In this document: positions 41,222-54,704 of the stretch, in pieces | How positions within the stretch are numbered: position 1 is the stretch's first letter | Layout of the letters: every line of letters starts with the position of its first letter | From: Yuukianura sp. NJ FZ-2021 | Lineage: Eukaryota | Reading direction: 5' to 3' | Assembly: GCA_046563655.1 (NCBI GenBank) | Contig: CM102287.1 | Span: forward strand, 4,898,001 to 4,962,000 | DNA length: 64,000 bases | The notes under the pieces: model-generated | Databases searched by the model: none | The model's input: the letters and a program-made list of their open reading frames with translations, nothing else | Told to the model about the DNA's origin: nothing | Translations under genes and position numbers: made by a program

Positions 41222-44065
41222 TTTTCAGAGCTCAAATTAGTAATTGGTAAAGGATACGACGAAGTGATTCACTGAAGCCAAAGTACTGATGACACTTTGA
41301 AGCATTTCACGCTCCAAACCGGATATGCCGAAGGCAACACAATAACAATCCAATTGACCTTTCGACGCTGGCCAGATTAGGTCAAAGATTCACAATTTTA
41401 TGACATTTTCGTTGAACTTGATGGAGTTTATTGACCTCGGGGTTCGACGGTCACATCTGAAATTAATAAAAAAGAAAAAGTTGTGGTCAAAAATAATTCT
41501 GTATTTTCTAACAGGTTTAGTTTTGAGTTAAATTACTGATTACTTTATCATAAACTAACTTATTAGATTCGGTGTCGCAGATTAATGGAAAAATTCAAAA
41601 TGCGCTTTTTGCAGAATTGCAATTAAAAATTTGGAACAAGCAAAGTTAAAACTTTAAATTAAAATCTCAGTTTTACAAATAACATTGCTTTCACTCTGTA
41701 AGATGAAAAATATCAAACAGACGCTCCTTTTTTGGACACGAAATTGCTCGCATCATTACAACAACTTGGAAGATTCAAATATTCAACGCCCTATTAACAC
41801 AGGATAGAGTCAGGGTCATTTAATGCCAAGTACCTCAAGTGTACTTGACCTTGCTCAAGGTCACTTCCTAAGTAATTGTAATTATAATCTCTACTCGCGT
41901 AACAACAAGAAAACCATGATATTACACGCACAACAAAAAAACCTTGAAAGCCGTTCAAAAAATTATTTAGTTTGTTTCAGTCCCAATAATTTGATTTCCA
42001 CAAAAGAAATAGCCACCGGAGTTTGAAAATGTCAATTCGTTTGTTCAAAAAATGCAGTTTCTAACCTGTCTCAGTTTTTCCTGTAAATAAAAAAGCGAAA
42101 AAGCCTTTTAAAACCGGAATTCCTTGGAAGGTTGTTTCCTCTTCACGTGGATTTGAGCAACTAAAAGTTGTCGACCTACCACTACAATAGTATTACAATC
42201 TAACTCTGAATTTTAGTATGTTGCTCATGCAGGGAACTTACTACTTATGATGTAATGGTGACTCTGGTTGGTGTGAAATGAATGTGAATCATTATTCCTT
42301 CAAGTCAGGCAAAAAGCACTTTCGGAATGACTTATTGTATCTGCTGACTCTGTAAGAAGCGTCGGAATGTGGTTAATGACGAGATGAGTAGCTGGCAAAG
42401 CGACCTACAAACTGGCGGCAGTCACTGACTCATCCCTAGTCCAAATGCCTATTGTTCTTTTAAATCCATTGTCTCATTACGGTCTTCTCTGTCACTGTGT
42501 CCCTTTGTTTGTCCATCGGACTTGTCCAAAAGTATCATTCCTAGAAAACCCGAATCGTCCCGTCCCATAATATATGGCCCGAATTCAGGTCATATTCAAG
42601 TGAGCCCTTAAAAAGCCAATTCTTTAGTTACTCCCTCCGCCATAGAGCACAATGTAAAGCCCAAGCTTAGCTACTAAGTTGTCAAAATACTTCAAAAATG
42701 AAATGAAACGCAAAACATGCTAAAAGTTAAGCTCAAAGAATCCAACGCTGTGCCATTTATCTCACAAAACACGAAATTTCTGAAAAGCTTCACGCACAAA
42801 AACCAAAAATATTTATAAGAATTTCAATTCCACAGAACCCAAAAAGATATTTAAACTTTGCATTTTCTAAATGCAAAGCTTAAGTACTCCTGCATGTTTT
42901 TAGCGTGTGAAGGTGAATCGATGCATGAAACTTTTTTTTCCACTTTTTTTCAATTTCATTTCAGCTACTTTGCTATACCCAATTTTCTGTTTTCCTTTCA
43001 AAACAAAAAAAAATTATAATAAAGTCATAATTCAGCTGAACTCGTTTGTCTTATCACAGCTCGTTTTCCATTGTTTTTCCCATTGGCTCCAAACCATCAT
43101 CATCATTATGCTCTGCGGATTTAGAATTTGAGCATTCAGCAACATCCATTCCTCTCATCATTTCATTTCATGACTAAATCCTATAAAAGTCAGAAAAAGC
43201 AAACTAAAATCTATTGTTTGCGCTTTGGCTTACAGAACTAGAATTTGCAATTGGCGTCGACTCTAGTCTTATCAGAGAACTGGATTTTAGAACCAGGGAT
43301 GCATTGCTCAGTGTGCTAGTCACTAACGTAAGCGCTTTCTGGATGGTACAAAGCCCAATATCGCTTCCAGCCCACTAGTTGCCAAAAACAAACAAAAGAA
43401 ATCACAGCGACAGTCGAGAGTGCAAACAACTGACAAAGATTAAAGTTTAGGACTCACACTCGGCCTAGAAACGAGGTTCGAAGCTTGCTCAACTGAAATT
43501 GGACTTCCAAAAAGCGAGTTGGGCAAAGTAAAACTTAAAACCAAAATTTAGGAATCTCATGATCAACAAGAGTACGTGAAAGCATTCAAAGTGAAACGGC
43601 GTACATGACACAGATAGTAGTACGTAGTAGAGCAAACACTGAAAAATAACAATATAATGTACTCCACCTTATCTTAATTTTTTACCGCTTTGATCTTACG
43701 GATTCTCAAAACATTTCAGTCCATGCCGAAAGACTGACGCATCCTGCGAGCACTAAAACTTCAAAAATTTACTATGATCAATACACAATACATGCCCGGA
43801 AGAAACTTCATAAAAAACAATCAGCGTTCAATTTTTTTTAATTTTTGAAGGAGAAAGTTTATAATTACTTTTTTTTTACCCTCTTGAGTTGCTTCGTCTA
43901 AATAATTTCCGGGAAAGGCAGATTCTACACAAAAATACCCTTTGATGCCAGAATTGTTAAAGGGCTGACGTGCGATACAAGTTAGGTTAGGACTCGGTAG
44001 ATCATTTACGTCAGACAGGACTAGGCTTAAATTCAAGAATGGCTGAATTATTTGGAAAAAGAATG

Positions 44066-44129
44066 GAAACCAACAAGAGATCTTACTTCAGGGATTGTGA
44101 TCCCTGAAGTAAGATCTCTTGTTGGTTTC
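44066..44129. repeat. Perfect 30-bp inverted repeat with a 4-nt loop
   Basis: gaaaccaacaagagatcttacttcagggat-tgtg-atccctgaagtaagatctcttgttggtttc. Confidence 0.95.
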
Positions 44130-47100
44130 ACAATCAGTAAGTTCGTTTTGTCCTTGGGAGTTGAAGCATTAAGGGCACAAACAAGCTGGGAAGTTTCTCT
44201 TTGTAAAAGACAAGTGGTTCCAGTGTGTTTGTTGATTTATTGGCACTGGAAAGCCTGTGTTGTGGCCAAATGGAATTTGGCCAGCATTAGAAAGTGACAG
44301 AGAAAATAAACAGCTCCAATCATTAAGGGCTCACTTTCTCATCCACTTGATTCTTCTCCTTGCTCCACTTACAGACTTCACCAGCACAACCTCTAGGCGT
44401 AACAGGTTTCCCACGGAAAGGAATAGCAACTTAAAGTACTACGAATAAGGTTAAGGGTTTCCTAGATGAGCCACTGAAACAACAAAGTGAAAGTTCCCAC
44501 ACTTTAAATCACTGAAACTGGCGGAAGAAGTACTGAAAGACTTCAAAAATGTTAGTTTTGATGAGCTAAGCACTAGAAGTACGACGCTCTAAAACTTTCG
44601 AATGAGGAGAGAAACAGGAATTTTTTAAAAATAAGAAAAAGAAATAAACTTTCAGCCTTGGATTTATTCCAGCTTTGAACTCAACTGAATCTGACAGGGT
44701 GAAATCGAAAAAAAGATTTCTCAGCAAGACTTTCAAAATTTTTAAAGAAAAATCCAATTTCAAAATTTTATAGACTTGTTCTAGTTGAGTGTGTGTGAAG
44801 AGTGGAGATTTCCAACTTTGTACTAAAGCTTTCTCCAATTTTTATCTCTTAACCCTGCTGTGTCACTTATTACAGTATTGAGTGTCATACCAAGTGTCAC
44901 GATAAATTTAAATTCAATACAGAGAAGATCCCGGATTTATTAAAAAAAAATATTCACATTTTGGCATTTTGACAAAGTGAATTAAAATTTCAAAAAAAAA
45001 GTTCTTCCAAAGTAACTCAAGAAAAGTCCCATAACCTCGAAAAGTTTTACACTAAAAACTTGGAATTTACTTAGTTTTTTTTTGGTACAAATTTTTTTCC
45101 CCAGATTGAAATGGATGTGAAAAGCAGAGTTGGCAAATTTATTTTCCCCTGGAGGATGCTTCAGAGCTCAGGAAAATAGGAAAAGGAGGCTTTTCCTTTG
45201 ACAGTTAGTGCTTCTTCTGGTTGTAGCACTAGCCCCAGTGGTTTTCCGCCCGCTGAAAGGCCTACCGTAATATGTTTGCTTTCTGGAAATTGCTAAAATG
45301 AGGAGAAAGTGTGCCTTTGGGCTTCTAATCGATTTTCAAAGTGATCCAGACTTTGTGCTTCAGCTTGGTGAAAACGCTGGAGAAGGTTCCAGGAAAGACG
45401 TTTCCCTTCATCTTCTCGTTTCGTCGCTTCCACTTTCCGAAAGATTGGAAATGAAACGAAGACGCCAAACTTTTACTTTCACTCGGAAACTGTCCAGAAA
45501 CAATTTGTGTCACCTTCAATCAATTCACAATCTATACTTTTTAGTCGCTCGTGCGTAAAAGGTTACTTGAAGCGAACTTAGCAACTAATTACCTCAGAGC
45601 CAACTAGGCGTAACAAATGCAAATGCAACTAAACTACTTCCATATCATCCTGAAAGCAAATTTCTATTGCTTAATATGTTTTTAATGCCAGAGACAAGAT
45701 AAGCGGCTCCACATTTCAGCAAATCTGAAATTCATCGGTATTTTCGAAAGACAGAAAATTTTTAAGACAAATTCTTCATTTCATCTCCCGTATTTTCAAC
45801 TAAACTCGAAGATACACGCAAAAGCGTAACCTACTTTCTATGCAAAATTTTCATGCTTGAAGACTTCCAAAAAGCAATAAAAATCATGGCACGCAAATTC
45901 ACGTTTGTAAAATCCAAAGGAAATTGAATTATTCTCGGAGTATACTCAGATGATGAAAATCGAACTTGTGCTAGTTCTTACAAACTCTGCTTGCTTCCTC
46001 GAATTGAATTACTTTTGATGAAATTAGATTTCGTTTCATGCTGCAAAAGACATGCCCATGATCTTCAAGAGTAGAATATCCTAAATTGCATTGTCTCATA
46101 CTAACTATCCAGAACTTTTACGAAAATGAAACTTTCTTTGAACTTTCCCATATTTTCCATTGTTCTCGCAAGAATGCAAAGGCTCTTACGCACAAAAAAA
46201 AAAATAATAATAAGGTTAGACAAAAAAGAAACAAAATGTAGAAAGGAAAATTTCTTCTTTTTACTTTCTCTAGATATTACCTGTGTAGTCAACTGAAAAG
46301 AAAAACGTTCGACTATTCCGTCCTCATTCCTATTCTCCCTTGCGGTGAAACTACTTTTTATGGGCTTTTACTTCAAGACCATTTCTCTAACAAAAACGGC
46401 TAAAAATTTTAGCCAAAAGAAGAACTACAGAGAACGGCTTAATAGGGAAAGCAAAGGAGGAAGTTGGGTGCTACACGTTGAGCATGTTGATCTAAGGCCT
46501 AGCAATTTTGGCTACAGAGAAAGTGGATTTGACTAAAGCAGAAAAATAGGGTTAAAAGAAGCACTTGAATTTTCGTCTAACCTCAAGGCTCAAGAAAAGG
46601 AATTTCGAGATGATGAAGGAGGGAAATGCGAATTTGTTGGTGGTGGGTGTAGAGGCTTTGCTTTCTCCGGCGTAGCAACAGCAGCGTAGAAAGTAATAAG
46701 GGACACAAAGGACAAAAATTTCATCAAGTCAAGAGGAATGTGGCTTTTTCACTACTAGTTTCCAGTTTCCGGCTTAAAAAGACTCCAAATACCCAAACGA
46801 GGTCACATGTGAAATAGAGAAAATTAAATGAAATGAAAGTTAACGAGGACATAAAACTTGCCTCTGCCAAAACCTCCTATGACGTCCACGAGAGCAAAAC
46901 ATTTTCACAAGACTTTCTACAATTTCAAAACAACTTTGCAAAATCCTTTGGCTTTTTGAATTTTATATTAACTGCATTGAACAAACAAATTGTGCAACTT
47001 GACTTTTCGTCGTTCGAGCTTCCGCCTAATTTATAAAACATGGGTTTGGTGTTCATCCAATTTGCTTTCTGTGTCAAATTTGTTTACCTTGTAATAGAGT

Positions 47101-50100
47101 TTGCGTCAATTCAGTTTCACGTTTTGTATCAAAGCTAACGAGGAAACCCTATACTTTGTCCAATTTTAGTTTGTTGCAGACTAAACACTAACTTCAGGAA
47201 GTTATGAGAACTACCATTTTATGGTCCAATTATTACGAAGGAAAACTCAAAGGAAGCCTCAATTATTCAAAGATCGCGGGGTTGCTACGACCGCAGGCAT
47301 GAGAAAAGGAAAGTCGACTTTCACCTGAACCAAACCAACCTCAAAACTTGTAACCTAACTTTGACTTTCGACTTTTATAGACAAGTGCTGAAAAGAACAC
47401 AGTGACACACGACCAAAAGTAACTCCAGAATAGGACAATGGACCTATTCATGTCCATGACTTCCAGAAAATTTGGACACAAAAGATCCGAAATCTTTAGA
47501 TAAACTTTTACCACAGTTACAAAGACAACATAAAGTCTTACATGCCAAGGCAAGACAATGGGAAAGTGCACAAATCTAGTGATCTGATATCAGATTTGAT
47601 CTTAACGATTAGGTGAGGCCAGATTTATGTCGCATTCTACGTTTCAAGCAGAGGTCCCATAAAATTGTTAACTTTATGTTCATGCTGTCCAATTTCCAGA
47701 AAAACTTAATTTTACACCCAAAATTCAGTTCCAAATTCTAAAATTCTCCCCTTGCGAATTAGGTAGTTAGGCTGTGTAGCACACGAGGGATTTAATTCAG
47801 CAAATGTGATGGCACAATGCATTTCCACACTTCAGGCTAGGCTCATCAAAAGCCGTTTTTTTTACTCCGTTAATTTTTTAGAGAAAGCAAGGACGGGGGG
47901 TCAAGGCTCATTTTCCAAAATTGCTTAGAACATTGCTTAAGGAAACGCAAGTCTTTTGTTCCACTTCCAAATTTTCCGCAGTCCTTCCAAACTCTCATAT
48001 TTATTCCCTGCAGCTAGCTTTACACGAAGGCTGAAGAAAGTACTAGCAGTAGTTTCCTTAAGAGTGCTCCTGGGGCAGGCGTTTTCCCTGTTCTCATCTA
48101 CTCCATTGTTTTTGCCTCAAAAGAAAGGGGGGTCCTTAGACGAAGGTGAAAGGAGAAGAAAGGCCCATTGTTTTATTCATTTCCTGTCCCGGAGCTCCTG
48201 CTTGGAAACTTGGATTCTTGAGATTTATTCTAAGGTGGGCAGGGCTTCCTTACTTTGTCAGAAGACCAAAAGCCAAAGATTTACGACGAAGAAAGCATGA
48301 AGCTAAGACAGCGTTTGGGGCAGGGCTCCAGGCCATGGATTTCAGAAATTTCAAATCCATGAAAATCCACACCAAAATCTAAAACAAAAGGATTCCAAGC
48401 AAATATTGTGCGACCTAGATAAATCCGTAATGAACAAAAGATTGCGAAAAACCGAGCCGGCCTCCGTTGGATTTCAATTTTAATCCTCAAGTTCCTCTTA
48501 AGCTTTAACCAAAATGTTCAAAACTAGCCTAACCTTAAATTAATCTAGCCAAAAATCATAACCTGGGCGCCTAAGCCTACGAAATAGTAGCAAGTACATA
48601 GCATGTCACAACGTTTATCATAACGCGACTCCCTGAAGCATATTTTAAAATGATTTAGAATGAATTTGACCCTTGACCTATGAATTTCTAACGAGAAACT
48701 TTAAATTCTGTTCTAGTTTCTGTTTATACTGAAATACGTTTTCTCTTACAGGATTCCAGATGCTTAAGAAATCTCCGTTTTTAGTAAAAGTCAGATTTGT
48801 GACTCCGCCCTTGATTTATGTTGTGCCTTTTTGCTCCTTGGAGGAAAAAGTTCATGATAACTTGCATCTGCTTTTACTTTTAGCATTGCAAGCATGCAAG
48901 CATGCATGACTACTTCGAAAATTCAAAATTATCTCAGCCGTAACATGATTTAACTCTTTCTTGAAAAACTTCCAAAAAATCGTTTAGTAAAATTGATTTA
49001 GCGCTGAGTTCACTTCAGAATGAATAGAAGGCGGAACCAAATCCTCCGTATTTTGATAAAAACCGAACCAATCTACTTCTACAAACCAGCACTAACGTCC
49101 GAAAGTTGCAAAAACTCAAATTGCATACCAAAATTGCACGTCCCAGCATCAGTGCCCTCATGACCGATTTTTCAGTGTCTTTTGGGAATTTCCTTTTATT
49201 TGTATACATGAACTGGAGCAGTACAGCAGTCAGAATCTTCGTTCTAAAGAAATGCCAGAACACGAGACACGACCTCGGCCTCTTTCCGTTCCGAAGCACG
49301 TACACGTCCAGGACGTGTCAGGGCGTTAAGGAGAGAGCTCGTTCGAGGTCAAAGTTATGCTAACGCAAACGCTCTTCTTAACACTAATGTTACACTTCAA
49401 GCTAACTTCGCTACGCCTAAAACTCTGCAAGCACGAAAGTGGAAATGTCGTTTTAATTAAATCCTCATAATTCAAATGGTTCATAAACCCCAAATTTCAT
49501 TAACGTTAACTTATTCAGTAGCACTATGTGGAATCCCAACAAACTGGGAAATACCGCCCAAAAATGACGACATTTCATGTTGCAGAAATCCGGACTGAAA
49601 TTGCTCAAATCCTACACACATTACTAGCATATAGGTCAACTTTTGTGAATCTGAGTGCCCAATTTTTGCGAAAATCATGCTCAGTGAACCATCTTAAAAA
49701 AAAAAAGCAAAAAGAGGATTTTCTGGTTGAAATGATCATGTCTCTGTCTTAAGTTAGGTTAGGTTGTCCAATCCCTCTCTTCAGTGAGTGAAAGCTAATG
49801 GACTAAAGTGGATTCACAGGAAAAGGAACCACACCTCTCAAAACTTTCTCTTGAAGCTGAAGAGGGGCGTTGGTGTGAAATGGACTTGAAGGGAATGGTT
49901 CACTGTTTCAACTTTCACTATAGTTAGAACCTCTTTCAACCGACTTTCTTCAAAAAAACTGACTTCCTGTATTCTACCCATCCTCCACTTCCAGTCCAGC
50001 AAAAACATGCTCCAGTCAGCCCAACTCTTTTTTCCCCGCCAATTTTGTGTCCAGGAAAAGTATGATCCAAACTACGCCCACAACCGGAGACGCACGTAAC

Positions 50101-51723
50101 TTTTTCCAGTTCCTGCTCCCTGGATATGCCGGCACCACGAAAAAAAACTAAAAGTGCAGCCCACTTCAAAAACTCGCTGCTCATAAATCGTCATTACGTG
50201 AACCCTGTGTATCCTCCTCCACAACGTTCGTCCACCATTTGCATTCTCCGCTTGCCTGCTTTCGCTTTTCCAGAAACCGAAAAAAGTCGCTTCACATCAA
50301 GGAAAATCCATACATGAGCAGAGCCAGACCAGAATTTGGTTAACCCTATTATTAAAATACCAAGCTCAGGATCGCAGCTCGCAAGCACCGAAAAACTGCA
50401 AAAATTGTTGCAAAATGATGCCAATTTCGTAGGGAATTTGAAAATTTTTGGTCGTTTTACTACTTCACTGGAGTTGAGCCCGGCCTCATCAGAATAAATG
50501 TCACGTTCAACTCTCGTCTTTCCTTAACAGCATTGTATCACAAATCTAGACACAGATCGTCCATCTACGATGTGACCAAGGCAATTGTCATTTTGTCATT
50601 GACGGTCCACAGCACAGCGTCGTGCAAAGATTTGTAACGTATCTGGATGATAAACATCCTAACGAAATAGTTTCTTCAATTTCCACGCTAAATTGGAACG
50701 CGGGAAGCCATTGAAGAACGGGGAATTAGTTCAACAAACAATTCCATCAAACAAGGCAATCAATCGTATCATCTTCATCTGGTTGTTACAAATTGCCTGT
50801 TAACACAACTGAATACACATAATATGAATCCATGGTTCAAGCATTTTTGACCAAATTGCAGTTGACGGATTTCAATTGATCCAATTGACACGAATCCTAC
50901 ATGGATGGATCCTCTCCACTTAGAAGTGGGATTAAGTGCGTTTCTATTGTAGTTTTGGATCAGAGAAAATAGATACTTGTGTTACAAAGTGTTGAGAGCA
51001 TATAAGTGAAAGTGGGGAAAGTGCTGTTAAAGCCCAGCCTAAGTTGGATTACAAGTGGGCAGCAATTAGTGGGCATCCACAGCAGAAGCGGGAAGGCTCA
51101 AAAAGTTCCTGTTCCTGGATTTCATTTCCTCGCCGGAAGTTAGCCTACACTTTCACTACTCTTTTAGCTCACTAAGAACATACTGGCCCAGCTCCACGTG
51201 CCGCTCAGCCACAATCCAAATGGAGGTCAATTAATTCCCTTCTCCCACCAACTAGCAGCTAACGCAACCACCAATACTAACGCTTCTACTTAACGCACTT
51301 ACACTAGTACCCACACTACTGCCCAGTAATTGAAATGCTACAAGGCTAAAAGCTGCTCTAAATCCCTAAGTGACGCTCATTAGTAAAATAGACATGACAA
51401 ATTGGCCAAAGCACCCAACACCACGAATGACAGCCGTGTCAAATCACAAATCACCGAAAACGCTGCTAAAAAGACACTTCAAAATCCTTCCAAATTCAAA
51501 TTCTCAAACAAAGTCAACCACAGGCCCTTCCAGAACTAAAACGTTTCGCCACCACTAATTTATGACCGTCACAAATTATAAAACTAACAGAACAGCACAT
51601 GGACACGTATCAAGCCAAATTTTTCCAAAGTCTTAAATGTTTTTTTTTGAAAAATGTTACGTAATGGCTTGTGGGCAAAGAATTTGTAAAATTCAAGCTC
51701 GAAATTGTACTAAAACTTCTTAT

Positions 51724-52250
51724 TAGAGACGGTGAGTGAAACGTACTCTGATTCTAGAAAATGATTCTAGCTACAATACTGGTACTGTAGGTTCATGAGG
51801 GTGCGTTTTGTATTCTGGGCATAACGTATTGTGCAGTTTTTAAACAAAGTGAAACAATTCGAAACGAAGCAAATCGGACTTGTCAATGTGTTCTAGACAT
51901 TTTTAAAGATTGTTTTGGCTGTTCTGAACATGTTCTAGACATTGCTAGCTTTGTTCTGAACATGTTCTAAACATCGCTAGCTTTGTTTTGAACATGTTTT
52001 AAACATCACTAGCTTTGTTGTCAAAATGGCCTGAGTCTGAATATAGGTAGCGGTGATCAAAATTTGTTCTGAAAGAATTAGCGGATTTGAATTGCTACTT
52101 TTGTTGTTTGTCACCAGCCCCACAGTCAGAATACGTTTCTGAGACATGTTTTGCGGAATTGCAAAAAATACTGTAGAATGGATTGTAGAGGTTCCGCTAC
52201 AGTCTAGAATACGTTTCTAGAATCAGAGTACAAAAAACTCACCGTCTCTA
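51724..52250. mobile_element. MITE (~527 bp) with imperfect TIRs and internal ~30 bp tandem repeats, possibly hAT-derived
   Basis: Left TAGAGACGGTGAGT..GTACTCTGATTCTAGAAA, right TTTCTAGAATCAGAGTAC..ACTCACCGTCTCTA; ctagctttgttctgaacatgttcta repeats at ~51905-52020; no clean TSD. Confidence 0.75.
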
Positions 52251-53681
52251 TTGTTAGTTACACGACCTTAATTTGCAATTCCAAAGTTCTTTCGAAATTA
52301 AAAATTTGTAGGAAAATTGTGAGGTTAGATGCGATAACTTGGCTCGGAATTACACTTTTGTTTAATTAAAAAAAAGTTCTCACCTTCAGGGACGCGGAGA
52401 AAGTGGAAAGTTATGTGAAACGAAGTAAGACGACAATTCCAAAAATGACTTCTAAGGAAAAATAGAACCAAGTACCACACGAAGTCGTTGGATGAGACAC
52501 TATGTTTCAGAGCCTGAAAAAAAAAGAAAATGAAAGTAGAGTGTGTAGTTTTGCAGTAAAACGGAAGACAATTCCCAACTGACGTACTTAAATGTTTTAT
52601 AAACTGGAGCTCAAAGTTCTTCTCCGCCTCAAAATTACTCCTTCCCTAGAACTAAATTATTTAAACCTTAATTTAGTCAAACAGTGAGAAGGAAACCAAT
52701 TGTTTCAGCCATCCAGTTTGACTTGTCCAAGGCTAAAAAATTGTCTACAAAGGACTAAAGAAAGGCTACGAAAGACTAAACAGAGCCGAAAAAGTAACTT
52801 CCTGTTACTACTTTCACTTTTGGCCTACAACTTTCTCCGACTTAAAGAAAACTTTTATTAATTGGCAACTGTGCTGCACAAGCCTCAAATTTATTCTGCT
52901 CCCGTCCCATCAAAACTTCACTCGTATTTCAACGCCCGCCCACCACGAAAAAATACTCAGGAAAAACCAATTTTCAAAAAAAAAAAAAAAAAAAAAACAA
53001 TTCGATTTTTTAAAAAACTTTGTCTTTGCCTTTTCGTTTCTAAAATTCCAAAATAATGTGCAAGCAAAAATAGAAGAATACTTAATCACAGTAGCAAAGT
53101 CTGATGAAGCCTCATTATGTCTGTTTTGACGTTTTAAATTCCCGTCAAAGTTCAGGGTGTGCCAAAAAGCGAATTGATAATTCAGTTCAACCGAAAAATA
53201 AGTCTGTTGATTTTGTGAAAATTTTGGAAATGAATGTTTGTTCTCCTACCGTGTGGGGGTGGACAAAATTTCAGTTAAACCTTTGTTTACACATGATACA
53301 AAAGTTACTTTGGTTCAGTCTTTTCATTGCCAATAACATAACACAACGAAACTTCTAGGAATTGTTTAGTTTGCTTTTTCTTCATTTTCGTAGGATTTTT
53401 GACAAAAACAACTTTCCCAATACTCGGCTACATTTTCTGTTCAAACTTCCTAATGATCTTGATGGTTGTGCGGAGCTTAGTTAAAGCATCATTCTCGTTC
53501 TCAGTGAAATCTAAGGTCAAGAAATGTTAGTAACCTTTTGGTTACTGTTGTGGTTTCGTTTGACCTCTCAGATTACAAAGCACACGAACGAGGTTATAGA
53601 TTACTACCATGTTAGTAACTAGCATGTTAAGATTTGCTGTTCAATTTGCTGTTAAGATTCAATTACAACTTGTAGTTCGTG

Positions 53682-54704
53682 ATGGCATTTACTGGCAAAA
53701 GAGTGCTGATCACTGGAGGCGCAGGCTGTTCGCATATAATATTCTATAATTCTATAATTTAATCTAAAATACATAATGTAAGAAATTTCATGTTAAACGT
53801 ATTTGTTTCTGTGGATTTCTTTAGTTCTTGGTTTGGAAACTGCAAAACGATTTTACTCTGAAGGAGCAAAAGTGTTTCTTCTGGACAAAGACTCAGATCG
53901 GTTAGACGATGCACAACGTCTTTTGCCCAATGCGACTACAATTGCAGTCGATCTGCTGAATTGGGAAGCGACGCGTTCCGCAGTGACCAACATCGGACAC
54001 ATTGATCATTTAGTTAACAATGCGGGAACAACGATCCGTCAATCATTTATGGACGTTACGTCAGAAGCATTTGACATGTAAGGAAATTTTATGCCATTAA
54101 ACGAATAATGTGCAATGTCAATTTTACACGCCTAAGCCAATATGTAATTCTAAGAAAATATCCAAACTCATCATCACTTTTAGCATTTTCGGCGTAAATT
54201 TGAAGGCAATCGTAAACGTAAGCCAAGTCGTGGCAGCTGGAATGATTTCCAGTGGAAAACCAGGCACAATTGTAAACATTTCATCAATTGTAAGTTAAAA
54301 ACCGAAACATAAAAACTGATCTCCAAAATTTCTGCTCAATATAAGTAAATTGCCAAAAACTTTTTTCAATACAGGCAGCTAAGAATTTTCTGCCGCGGTC
54401 AACCGTATACATGTCGAGCAAAGCAGCTCTGAACGCATTGACACGATGTATGGCCGTTGACCTTGGTCCACACAATATTCGCGTCAATGCTATTTGCCCC
54501 ACTTGCATGCATACACAACTAATAAAAGACAACTATGAGAAATGTCCAAAACACTACAACGACATCTTGGAGCGAGCACCGATTGGTCGATTTCTGGAAA
54601 CTAGTGAAGCTGTTGATTCAATTATTTTCCTATCCAGTGCTAATTCTTCGATGATCAACGGAACAACTCTAGATGTTGACGGAGGATACCGCGCGGCTTC
54701 ATGA
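53682..54704 (+). CDS. Short-chain dehydrogenase/reductase, L-xylulose reductase (DCXR)-like
   Basis: Exons 53682-53727, 53825-54077, 54184-54289, 54375-54704. LVNNAG, VNLKAIVNVSQ, TIVNISS, catalytic YMSSK, LGPHNIRVNAICPT, MINGTTLDVDGG. Confidence 0.88.
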
